NCBI GenBank assembly: GCA_040386535.1
Contig: JAZKFH010000088.1
Location: forward strand, 1 to 24,515
Source of the DNA: Myxococcota bacterium
GTDB lineage: Bacteria; Myxococcota_A; UBA796; SXON01
Direction of reading: 5' to 3'
DNA: 24,515 bases
Of the stretch, positions 17,147 to 24,515 are shown piece by piece; the first letter of the stretch is position 1; the number at the start of each line of letters is the position of its first letter. Both the position numbers and the translations under genes were made by a program. A model generated the notes under the pieces. It saw only the letters and a program-made list of their open reading frames with translations. It had not been told where the DNA came from and made no database searches.

Positions 17147-18684
17147 TCGCCCTCGTTGCCTTCAGCGCCGAGGCCGCCGACCGCTCCCTCGACATCGAGC
17201 TGGTGCACCCCCGCGTGGTCGACCACACCGTGATGGGCGTGGACACCCTGGCGGAGGGCCCGCGCGGCGCCCTCCACGTGGGCGCCTTCGTCAGCTACAC
17301 CCACGACCCGCTCCTGCTCGTGGGAGAGGCGTACACCGTCTACGGGGTGCAGCGGAACCGCATGGCGGTCGACGTGGGCGGCGCCTGGCAGCCGACCCGC
17401 GGCCTCGTGATCCGCGCGGGCTTTCCGGTCCTCACCGACTGGGGGACCCAGGACGAGACGCTCGCCGCGCCGGGGGTGGGCCTCGGCGACCTCTGGGTGG
17501 GGGGCACGCTCGGCTCTCCGCGCTTCGGGCCGGTCCGGCTCGGCGCCGCCTTCGACCTCGCGATCCCGTCCGGCACCCAGGACGCCTGGCGCGGGGAGGC
17601 CGGCGTGCGGCTGGTCCCAGGCGTCCTGGCGGATCTGCGCATCGGGCGCCTCACGGTCGCCGCGGACGCCGCGCTCGTGGCCCGTTCCCCCATCGACACG
17701 GACGTGGGGCTCGAGGTCGGCATGGAGCTCCGCGCCGACGGCGGCGTAGCCTGGGAGGTCTGGACCGATCGCGCCCGGGTCACCCTCGCGGGCGTCACCC
17801 GCACCGGGCTCTCCAGTGCGGGAGCCGGCGCGAACAGCGCCGAGCTGTTGGCGGGCGTGCAGCTCGAGACCGGCGCGACCGGCTCCACGCCCGGCCCGCG
17901 GGTGCGGCTGGACGGGTGGGTCGGCCGAGGGGTGAACATCGGCTACGGCGCCAGCGACTACCGCGTAGGGCTCGGGATCTCCACGCACTTCGCCCCGAAG
18001 CCGGTGGTGAAGCCACCGCCCCCGCCCGAGCCGCCCCCGCCCCCGCCGCTCAACCGGCCGCAGAAGGTCGACATCGAGATCCTCGAGGACGTGCCCGACG
18101 AGCGCCCGCCGCCCCCGCCGCCGGAGGTCCCGCGCGCCCGCATCGAGGACGATCAGATCGTCATCCGTGACCCGATCCAGTTCGAGCTCGCGACGGATCG
18201 CATCCTCCCCGAGTCCATGCCGACCCTGGGCGAGGTCGCGAAGATCATGCGGGAGCACTCCGAGATCCTCGAGCTCGTGATCGAGGGCCACGCGAGCGAG
18301 GAGGGCGGCTACCTCTACAACTACGACCTCTCGCTCCGCCGCGCGAGCGCCATCTTCAAGGAGCTCGTGCTTGCCGGCGTGCACCCCGAGCGGCTCGCGT
18401 GCCGTTCGATGGGGGAGGTCGAGCCCGTCGGCACCGGCACGGAAGAGGCCGAGCTCGCGCGCAGCCGGCGCGTCGTCTTCCACATCACCCGCCGCTTCGA
18501 GCCCGGCGACCCGCTGCCGGTCTACACCCCAGGCATCCGCGTCCCCTGGACGGGGGATCCGGCCAACATCTCCGAGGGGCCGCCGCTGCCCGAGCCGCCG
18601 CCCCCGCCGGAGCTCGAGCCACCGCCGCCGAAGAGCGACATCCCCGACCGGTCCACCTTCGAAGAAGAGGAGGAGGAATGGTAA
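17143..18684 (+). CDS. Outer-membrane beta-barrel + Pro-rich linker + OmpA-like domain protein (TraB-like architecture without TSP3 repeats), 513 aa
   Basis: ATG 17143 overlaps the upstream stop. Amphipathic beta-strands (LHVGAFVSYTHDPLLL, GLGDLWVGG, DYRVGLGIS); poly-Pro linker; OmpA-C motifs IQFELATDRIL, IEGHAS, NYDLSLRRA, MGEVEPV, SRRVVFHI. Confidence 0.9.
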   Translation: MIALVAFSAEAADRSLDIELVHPRVVDHTVMGVDTLAEGPRGALHVGAFVSYTHDPLLLVGEAYTVYGVQRNRMAVDVGGAWQPTRGLVIRAGFPVLTDWGTQDETLAAPGVGLGDLWVGGTLGSPRFGPVRLGAAFDLAIPSGTQDAWRGEAGVRLVPGVLADLRIGRLTVAADAALVARSPIDTDVGLEVGMELRADGGVAWEVWTDRARVTLAGVTRTGLSSAGAGANSAELLAGVQLETGATGSTPGPRVRLDGWVGRGVNIGYGASDYRVGLGISTHFAPKPVVKPPPPPEPPPPPPLNRPQKVDIEILEDVPDERPPPPPPEVPRARIEDDQIVIRDPIQFELATDRILPESMPTLGEVAKIMREHSEILELVIEGHASEEGGYLYNYDLSLRRASAIFKELVLAGVHPERLACRSMGEVEPVGTGTEEAELARSRRVVFHITRRFEPGDPLPVYTPGIRVPWTGDPANISEGPPLPEPPPPPELEPPPPKSDIPDRSTFEEEEEEW

Positions 18685-19937
18685 TCTTCCTCGCAGCCGC
18701 CGCGGCCGCCGCCCCGGAGCCGTGCCTAAGCTCGCTCGGCCAGGACCTCAATTGTAATACGGTCGGCGTCGCAGATGAGCGGCCCGTGGACCTGACGGAC
18801 CCCGCCTGCCTCGCCACCACCGACGAGTCGGGCGAGCCGTACCCCAACGCCGACTACTACTACGACTACACGTCCTGGGGCTGCCTGGTGCCGGTGGCGG
18901 ACTACGACGCCGACGGCGACGGCTTCTCCGCCGGCAGGGTCGATCTCGCCGACGTGGGCGACCCGGACCGGGTGGTGACCCTCAGTTGTGACAATTGCCC
19001 GGACACCGTCAACCCGGGCCAGGAGGACGTCGACTGCGACGGCGTGGGCGACGCGTGCGACGTCTGCCCCGAGATGGAGGGCGCCTCCGACCTCGACACC
19101 GACGGCGATGGCGTCGGGGACGACTGTGACGACTGTCCCTTCTCGTTCGACCCGGCGCAGCCGGACACCGACGGCGACGGGCACGGAGACAGCTGCGACA
19201 ACTGCCAGGACCTCGCGAACGATCAGTCCAATGGCGATCTCGACCCCCTGGGAGACGATTGCGACAACTGCCCGGACGTGGAGAACGAGGACCAGGCCGA
19301 CGCCGACGGGGACGGGGTGGGAGACGCCTGTGACCTCTGCCCGGACGTCCCCGATCCCGACCAGGCCGACACGGACGGAGATGGGTTCGGCGACGCCTGC
19401 GATGTCTGCGTCGAGCTCTTCGACGACCAGACGGACACCGATGGAGACGGCATCGGGGATGCCTGCGACAGCTGTCCGCGCGACGTGGACGGCGGCTCGG
19501 ACGAGGATGGCGACGGCATCGACACCGCGTGTGACCTGTGCCCGGGCGTGGCCGATCCCGCGCAACCGGACGAGGATGCGGACGGCGTAGGCGACGCCTG
19601 TGACCTGTGCCCCGCCGTTCCCGATCCAGACCAGGCCGACCGCGATCGGGACGGCGTGGGGGATGCGTGTGATGTCTGCCCGGACACGCCGGACCCGGAT
19701 CAGGCCATGCTCGGCGACCAGGGGGACGCGTGCGCCCGGGTCCTCTACGGGGATGGCTGCCGATCGGGCGGCGTGTTCGCCGGGCTCCTCCCGATCCTCG
19801 CCCTCCTCAGCGGCTTGCGGCGCCTCGCCCCGTCATCTGCCGGCGCGGGCGGCGCGCGGACCGCCACCGCAGCCCCAGGAGCAGCAGCAGGCCCGCGTGT
19901 GTCATCGATTCGGGGCCTCGGCACCCGTCGCCGGTGA
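18678..19937 (+). CDS. Thrombospondin type-3 repeat surface protein A with MYXO-CTERM-like tail, 419 aa
   Basis: ATG 18678 with SD GGAGG encoded in the upstream poly-Glu tail; 11 CDxC...DxDxDGxGDA repeats; C-terminal GDGCRSGG-VFAGLLPILALLSGL-RR. Confidence 0.9.
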   Translation: MVIFLAAAAAAAPEPCLSSLGQDLNCNTVGVADERPVDLTDPACLATTDESGEPYPNADYYYDYTSWGCLVPVADYDADGDGFSAGRVDLADVGDPDRVVTLSCDNCPDTVNPGQEDVDCDGVGDACDVCPEMEGASDLDTDGDGVGDDCDDCPFSFDPAQPDTDGDGHGDSCDNCQDLANDQSNGDLDPLGDDCDNCPDVENEDQADADGDGVGDACDLCPDVPDPDQADTDGDGFGDACDVCVELFDDQTDTDGDGIGDACDSCPRDVDGGSDEDGDGIDTACDLCPGVADPAQPDEDADGVGDACDLCPAVPDPDQADRDRDGVGDACDVCPDTPDPDQAMLGDQGDACARVLYGDGCRSGGVFAGLLPILALLSGLRRLAPSSAGAGGARTATAAPGAAAGPRVSSIRGLGTRRR

Positions 19938-21012
19938 GCTCGTCGCGATCGCAGGCGTCGCCGATGCCGTCGCGGTCCTCGTCGGTCTGCTGGCGATCGA
20001 AGACCAGCGGGCAGACGTCGCAGAGGTCCCCCCAGGTGTCGCCGTCGAAGTCGACCTGGCCGGGGTCGGCGTCCTGCGGACAGTCGTCGCAGCCGTCGCC
20101 GAAGCCGTCGGCGTCCCGATCCTTCTGCAGCTCGTTGGGGAGGCGGGGACAGTTGTCGCAGGCGTCCATGAAGCCGTCCCCGTCCCCATCCACGTCGTAG
20201 GCGTCGGGGCACCGGTCACAGGCGTCGCCCACGCCATCCCCGTCGGCGTCGGCCTGGTCGGCGTTGCCGTCCTCGGGGCAGTTGTCGCAGGGCGCCCCGA
20301 TGCCGTCCTCGTCGGAGTCGTGCTGGTCGGGGTCGGGGTCGGCCGGGCAGTTGTCGCACACGTCTCCGAGCCCGTCGCCGTCGGCGTCGTCCTGCGCGGG
20401 GTCATCCTCCAGCACGCAGACGTCGCAGCCGTCCCCCACCCCGTCGCCGTCCACGTCGGTCTGCCCGTCGGCCACGAAGGGGCACACGTCGCAGGCGTCG
20501 CCCACGCCGTCGCCGTCGCGGTCGGACTGCTCGGGGTCGGCCACCCCGGGGCAGGTGTCGCAGTCGTTGCCAAACGGGTCGCCGTCGCTGTTGCTCGCGG
20601 AGCCGGGCACGGCCACGCACGGGTCGCACACGTCGCCCACGTCGTCGCAGTCGAGGTCGGCCTGATCCTGGTTCGGGATGTCGGGGCAGTTGTCGCAGTC
20701 GAGCGAGATGACCGAGTCGGGGTCGCCGTCCTCGCCGCCGAGCTCGATGCCGCCCGAGCCGAAGCCGTCTTCGTCGGCGTCGTAAGCGGCCACCGGGATC
20801 CGACAGCCGAACGCGGTGTAGTCGTAGTACCAGTCGGCGTTCTCGTAGGGGACACCGTCGTCGTCGAGCTCGGCGGCGCACAGCGGGTCGGTGAGGTCCA
20901 CCAGCTCTTCGTCCTGCTCGGCGATGCCGTTGCAGTTGTGATCTTCGGTCCCGACGCTCGCGCACTCCCAGGGCGCCGCGGCCATCGCGAGCGTGAACAG
21001 CAAGGTCAGCAT
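19807..21012 (-). CDS. Thrombospondin type-3 repeat surface protein B with MYXO-CTERM-like tail (paralog of A), 401 aa
   Basis: Signal MLTLLFTLAMA; 11 TSP3 repeats; C-terminal GDGCRG...AGLLLLLGL-RWRSARRPRR; N-terminal domain aligns with protein A by eye. Confidence 0.9.
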   Translation of the reverse strand: MLTLLFTLAMAAAPWECASVGTEDHNCNGIAEQDEELVDLTDPLCAAELDDDGVPYENADWYYDYTAFGCRIPVAAYDADEDGFGSGGIELGGEDGDPDSVISLDCDNCPDIPNQDQADLDCDDVGDVCDPCVAVPGSASNSDGDPFGNDCDTCPGVADPEQSDRDGDGVGDACDVCPFVADGQTDVDGDGVGDGCDVCVLEDDPAQDDADGDGLGDVCDNCPADPDPDQHDSDEDGIGAPCDNCPEDGNADQADADGDGVGDACDRCPDAYDVDGDGDGFMDACDNCPRLPNELQKDRDADGFGDGCDDCPQDADPGQVDFDGDTWGDLCDVCPLVFDRQQTDEDRDGIGDACDRDELTGDGCRGPESMTHAGLLLLLGLRWRSARRPRRQMTGRGAASR

Positions 21013-21818
21013 GCGGGATCCTCCCCGTCGCAGTCACTGTCGACACCGTCTCCACAGATCTCCGTCGCGCCGGGCGCGACCGTCGCGTCGCGATCGTCGC
21101 AGTCCCCTCCCTGCGTCGCCACGCCCTCGGCGGGATCGCACACCCACACGAGCTCCTCCCCCCAGCCGTCGAGATCCCGATCTGTCCACCCCGCGCTCGC
21201 TCCGGCCGCCCAGTCCGCGTCGTCCGCGGCGCCGTCGCAGTCCTCGTCCACGTCGGCGTCGTCGCACACCTCGGCCGCGCCGGGGCTCACGCCCGGGTCG
21301 GCGTCGTTGCAGTCGCCGTCCCGGTGGACATGGCCCTCCGGCTGGAAGCAGGCCCACACGACCGCGCTCGTCAGGCCCCAGCCGTCGGCGTCACCGTCCA
21401 GGTACCAGTCCACATCCCCCGAGGTGTCGGTCACGTCCTCCACGTCCCCGTCGCAGTCCTGGTCCACGTCGTCACAGGCCTCCGGCGCGCCGGGGTGGAC
21501 CGCGGCGTCTCCCGGGTCGCAGTCGGTGGCGTCCGCGACGTAGCCCTCCGGCGCCGCGCACGCCGTCACGGTCGTGCCGGGATCGCCCGCGCCGTCGCCG
21601 TCCGCGTCGCCGTACCAGGCGACCGTCTCCGCGTCCTCGTCGCGCAGGCCGTCGCAGTCCTCGTCGATGCCGTCGCACCCGTCGACCTCCGCCGGGATCG
21701 CCGCGTCCCCCGGCGCGCAATCCTCCACGTCAGGGGTGCCGTCGTGGTCCGCGTCGGGAAGCGCGGAGTCCTCGGCAGGGGGCGGGGTGAGGCAGGCGAC
21801 GAGGAGCCAGACGAACAT
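21006..21818 (-). CDS. MopE-related (putative metal-binding motif) repeat protein, probable lipoprotein, 270 aa
   Basis: Repeats of DCxxxDxxVxPGAxExCDxxDxDCDG and WYxDxDGDGxG; N-terminus MFVWLLVA-C; stop overlaps the start of TSP3 gene B. Start reassigned to ATG 21818. Confidence 0.88.
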   Translation of the reverse strand: MFVWLLVACLTPPPAEDSALPDADHDGTPDVEDCAPGDAAIPAEVDGCDGIDEDCDGLRDEDAETVAWYGDADGDGAGDPGTTVTACAAPEGYVADATDCDPGDAAVHPGAPEACDDVDQDCDGDVEDVTDTSGDVDWYLDGDADGWGLTSAVVWACFQPEGHVHRDGDCNDADPGVSPGAAEVCDDADVDEDCDGAADDADWAAGASAGWTDRDLDGWGEELVWVCDPAEGVATQGGDCDDRDATVAPGATEICGDGVDSDCDGEDPAC

Positions 21819-21823
21819 GGCAT

Positions 21824-21832
21824 ACCGTAGCA
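21824..21832 (-). promoter_or_regulatory. Putative extended -10 (TGcTACGGT) for a leaderless transcript
   Basis: TGnTANNNT lies 5 nt before ATG 21818; no SD. Confidence 0.45.
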
Positions 21833-21921
21833 CCGACGAGGCGGGGCCCGGCGTTCGCGATGAAGGGGGCGACCGCTCAAACTCTGACTCAACAGGGGTT
21901 GGCCCGACCGGACCCAAATCG

Positions 21922-23322
21922 CTACCCGCCCCCCTCCCCCCTCATCCGCCTCAGCTCCGCCCGCGTCATCGGCCCCCGCATCCAGCAGATCGCGTGCCGT
22001 GGCTGCACGAGGCACGCGCCCTCGCCGGTGTGGACGTTCCGTAGCAGGAACCAACGCTTCGCCAGCCGCTTCAGGGTGGCGGAGAGGAGCGCCCTCGGGG
22101 GGCCGGACCCGGCGCCGCCGCCCGCCATGCCCTCCACGACGCGCGCGCGGTCGGCGTCGGTCTGGAGGCGGCCCACGAACCACATGCCGGCGTTGGACAG
22201 CGCGCGGTAGTCCAGGTCCATCGGGTTCTGCGTGGCGACCACCACGCCGACGCCGTAGGCGCGCGCCTGCTTCATCAGCGCCACGAGCGGGCGCTTGGTT
22301 GGCGGGTTGGCGGGATGGGGTGGGAGGAAGCCGTACACCTCGTCGAACACGAGCAGCGCCCGCAAGGCCGATGTGCCCGACAGGCTGCGCACCCAGGCCA
22401 GCACCTCCTCGAGCACGAGGCCGAGCACGAGCGCCCGATCCTCCTCGTCGAGGTGGGCGACGCTCAGGATCGCCGCCGGCGTCCGGCCCTCGGCGGGGGT
22501 AAGCCATGCCCCTGGGTCGAGCGAGGCGCCCTCCCGCCACGTCGCGAGCGACGGCGACGCGAGCAGCGCGTTGAGCGCGGCCGCCAGGGCCCGGCGCTCG
22601 TTGCGGGGCAGGAAGTCGTCGACCGCGAGGGCCCCCACCTCGTCGATCGGCGGTTCCTCCAGGTCCGCCAGCAGCCCCGCCAGATCCGCCGGACGCCCGG
22701 CCTGGAGGCGGCGCTCCGCGAGCACGGCCAGCAGCACGTGGTCGCGGCTCTGCGCGGGCTCCGGGTTCCGGCCGACGAGGCGCAACACGAGCGACAGCGA
22801 GGACGACAACGCCGCGCGGGCGCTCTCCAGGTCGGTGTCCCACAGGGGCGAGCGGCGCTCCAGCGCGCTCAAGAGATGCACCGATTCGCCGGCGCTGCTG
22901 CCCGGTGTCAGGACCCGCACGCGCACCGCCGCCCGCCACGCCTCCACCTGGGCGGGCGACACGCCCGAGCGGACCAGGCCGGCGTCGCGCTCGGCCGCGA
23001 GCGCGGCCGCGATGTCGCCGGCGGAGCGCCCCTCGTGCTCCTCGGCCTGGGCGTCGATCCACGGGACGAACGCGTCGGGCGACCCCATGGGGAACGAGAG
23101 GAGCAGGTTCGGCAGGTCCCCCTTCAGGTCGACCATCAGCGTGGGGATGCCGTTGCGAAGGGCCTCCTCGACCAGCACCATCACCAGCCCCGTCTTGCCG
23201 CTGCCGGTCATGCCGACGACGACCGCGTGCGTGGTCAGGTGGTGCGCGAACAGGTCGAGCGGGGTGGGAGCGCCCGCCCCGTCGAGCGGCAGGGCGCGCC
23301 CGAGCGCGAGGGCACGGGGCAC
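21922..23322 (-). CDS. HerA/FtsK-superfamily P-loop ATPase (DUF87/DUF853-like), 466 aa
   Basis: THAVVVGMTGSGKT (Walker A), VDLKGD, LLVFDEVY (Walker B), KQARAYG (Arg finger), VVVATQNP, ALSNAG. Confidence 0.9.
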   Translation of the reverse strand: MPRALALGRALPLDGAGAPTPLDLFAHHLTTHAVVVGMTGSGKTGLVMVLVEEALRNGIPTLMVDLKGDLPNLLLSFPMGSPDAFVPWIDAQAEEHEGRSAGDIAAALAAERDAGLVRSGVSPAQVEAWRAAVRVRVLTPGSSAGESVHLLSALERRSPLWDTDLESARAALSSSLSLVLRLVGRNPEPAQSRDHVLLAVLAERRLQAGRPADLAGLLADLEEPPIDEVGALAVDDFLPRNERRALAAALNALLASPSLATWREGASLDPGAWLTPAEGRTPAAILSVAHLDEEDRALVLGLVLEEVLAWVRSLSGTSALRALLVFDEVYGFLPPHPANPPTKRPLVALMKQARAYGVGVVVATQNPMDLDYRALSNAGMWFVGRLQTDADRARVVEGMAGGGAGSGPPRALLSATLKRLAKRWFLLRNVHTGEGACLVQPRHAICWMRGPMTRAELRRMRGEGGG

Positions 23323-23325
23323 GGG

Positions 23326-24162
23326 CTAGGTCTCGAAGGGGCTGTCGGACGCGGCCGCGCTCGGATCGGGGCCTGCCGAGAGCGGCGCCGCCTCCTCCGG
23401 CGCTTCGTCCGGCTCCCCGGCCCGCCGCCCGCGCGCCCCCCGGATGTACAACGACGGGACGAGGCTCACGGCGTCGCCCTCGTCGAAGCGCAGGTACGCC
23501 ACCGCGCGGCGCAGCTGGCCCTGGGCGCGAGCGAGCAGCATCCCGAGCTTCTGACGTTCCAGGAGGATCGTGTGGTGGGGCAGGTCCGGGTCGCTGTCCG
23601 CCCCGAGCTCCAGCGTCATGGCGCGGGCGAGCTCGGCCGCCCGGTCGATCTCCGCCGCCGTCACGGGCGCCGCCGGGCCGACGGCGTCCGGGGCCTCGCG
23701 CAGGATGCGGACGAGCGCGGCGAGATCCTCGACCAGATCGCGGTACCCGCCCCCCTCGCGGAGCCGAGCCACCGGCTCCGCGGGGGTGCGCCCCTTGAGC
23801 ACCAGGAGGTCCGCGTACGCGAGGAGCAGCGCGCGCAGGGAGTAGCCCTCGGTGGCGAGGGTCGGGAGCTGCCGCACCCGGTTGGCGCGCGCGACGAGCG
23901 TGACCTGCGTGAAGAGGAGCGCGTTCGCGAGGTCCTCGAGCTGGTCGAGGTGGCCGATGTCGAAGCCGGGCAGCGCGGCGATGTCGCTCCGATACGGGGC
24001 CAGGCGCCGGGCCGTGGCCAGCGCCTGCGCGGACGCGTACACGGCATCGAGTCCGTACGCGGGCAGGGAGGACACGTCCACAGCGGCGCGCGCGCTCGCG
24101 GTGCGGTCGAACGAGGCGCGGTCACGGTCCGGGGCGGGCTGATCGGTGGATGGATCGCTCAC
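23326..24162 (-). CDS. Hypothetical alpha-helical protein, 278 aa
   Basis: GTG 24162 with SD AGGAG (24170-24174); amphipathic helical sequence; low-complexity acidic tail; 3 nt gap to the ATPase gene. Confidence 0.8.
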   Translation of the reverse strand: MSDPSTDQPAPDRDRASFDRTASARAAVDVSSLPAYGLDAVYASAQALATARRLAPYRSDIAALPGFDIGHLDQLEDLANALLFTQVTLVARANRVRQLPTLATEGYSLRALLLAYADLLVLKGRTPAEPVARLREGGGYRDLVEDLAALVRILREAPDAVGPAAPVTAAEIDRAAELARAMTLELGADSDPDLPHHTILLERQKLGMLLARAQGQLRRAVAYLRFDEGDAVSLVPSLYIRGARGRRAGEPDEAPEEAAPLSAGPDPSAAASDSPFET

Positions 24163-24188
24163 GATGCTTCTCCTGGGAATGCAACCGG

Positions 24189-24218
24189 ACACTACGGGAG
24201 AAGCCTGGAGCGCGTCAA
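24189..24218 (-). promoter_or_regulatory. Sigma70-type promoter of the orphan-HerA operon
   Basis: TTGACG-18 bp-TAGTGT on the minus strand, with an AT-rich patch immediately upstream (about 24224-24244). Confidence 0.55.
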
Positions 24219-24298
24219 GCCGGAAACCCAGACATTAAGTGGTTCAGCGTCGAGACGACCGTGTCGTCAGGCGCGGGTGCGTGGGAACGCGCGCGCGG

Positions 24299-24515
24299 GG
24301 GGGGTCGACCCCGTGCCGGGGAGGGTCGGGACCCTGCACCTCGGGGGGTCGACCACGTGCCGGGGAGGGTCGGGACCCTGCACCTCGGGGGGTCGCCCCC
24401 GTGCCGGGGAGGGTCAGGACCCTGCACCTCGGGGGGTCGACCACGTGCCGGGGAGGGTCGGGACCCTGCACCTCGGGGGGTCGACCACGTGCCGGGGAGG
24501 GTCGGGACCCTGCAC
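24299..24515. repeat. 44-bp tandem repeat array (4 complete copies + 1 truncated by the window end)
   Basis: Unit GGGGGGTCGACCACGTGCCGGGGAGGGTCGGGACCCTGCACCTC starts at 24299, 24343, 24387, 24431 and 24475, with 0-3 substitutions per copy and no spacers. Confidence 0.97.

Noticed and set aside
17143..18684. Assigning the gene symbol traB
   Set aside because: It lacks internal TSP3 repeats and a recognisable upstream traA; only architectural similarity can be supported.
18985..20705. CxxC motifs as heme-binding or redox sites
   Set aside because: There is no CxxCH; they are the structural Cys of TSP3 repeats.
24215..24471. Short ORFs of 70 and 75 aa over the repeat
   Set aside because: They are translations of a 44-bp unit cycling through frames, with no coding signal.
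24299..24515. CRISPR array
   Set aside because: Units are contiguous and near-identical with no unique spacers, and no cas genes are present in the window.

Overview
GC-rich bacterial DNA whose gene content (FG-GAP, MopE-type and TSP3 Asp/Cys repeats, MYXO-CTERM-like tails, Ser/Thr kinase-WD40, barrel+OmpA) points to Myxococcota; the taxonomy is an inference. From left to right: an FG-GAP repeat protein; a RegB/RegA-family two-component pair followed by two RegA-box-like sites and a TonB-dependent receptor; a minus-strand run of secreted Cys-containing protein, Ser/Thr kinase-WD40, FHA-winged-helix regulator and secreted orphan; a redox module (Zn-dependent formaldehyde dehydrogenase-like enzyme, DsbA-family protein, 1-Cys peroxiredoxin) flanked by decayed gene fragments; a cell-surface locus of two convergent operons (membrane protein + TraB-like barrel/OmpA + TSP3 protein A, facing MopE-repeat lipoprotein + TSP3 protein B) whose terminal genes are paralogs with overlapping 3' ends; and a two-gene unit (helical orphan + HerA/FtsK-like ATPase) downstream of a 44-bp palindromic tandem array that runs off the window end. 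The best candidates for undescribed systems are the TraB-like/TSP3 paralog locus and the repeat-orphan-HerA unit. Two window-wide patterns also stand out: very short signal peptides with no positive charge, and apparently leaderless genes. No tRNA, rRNA, CRISPR array or transposase was recognised. All family assignments come from motif reading, not database searches.
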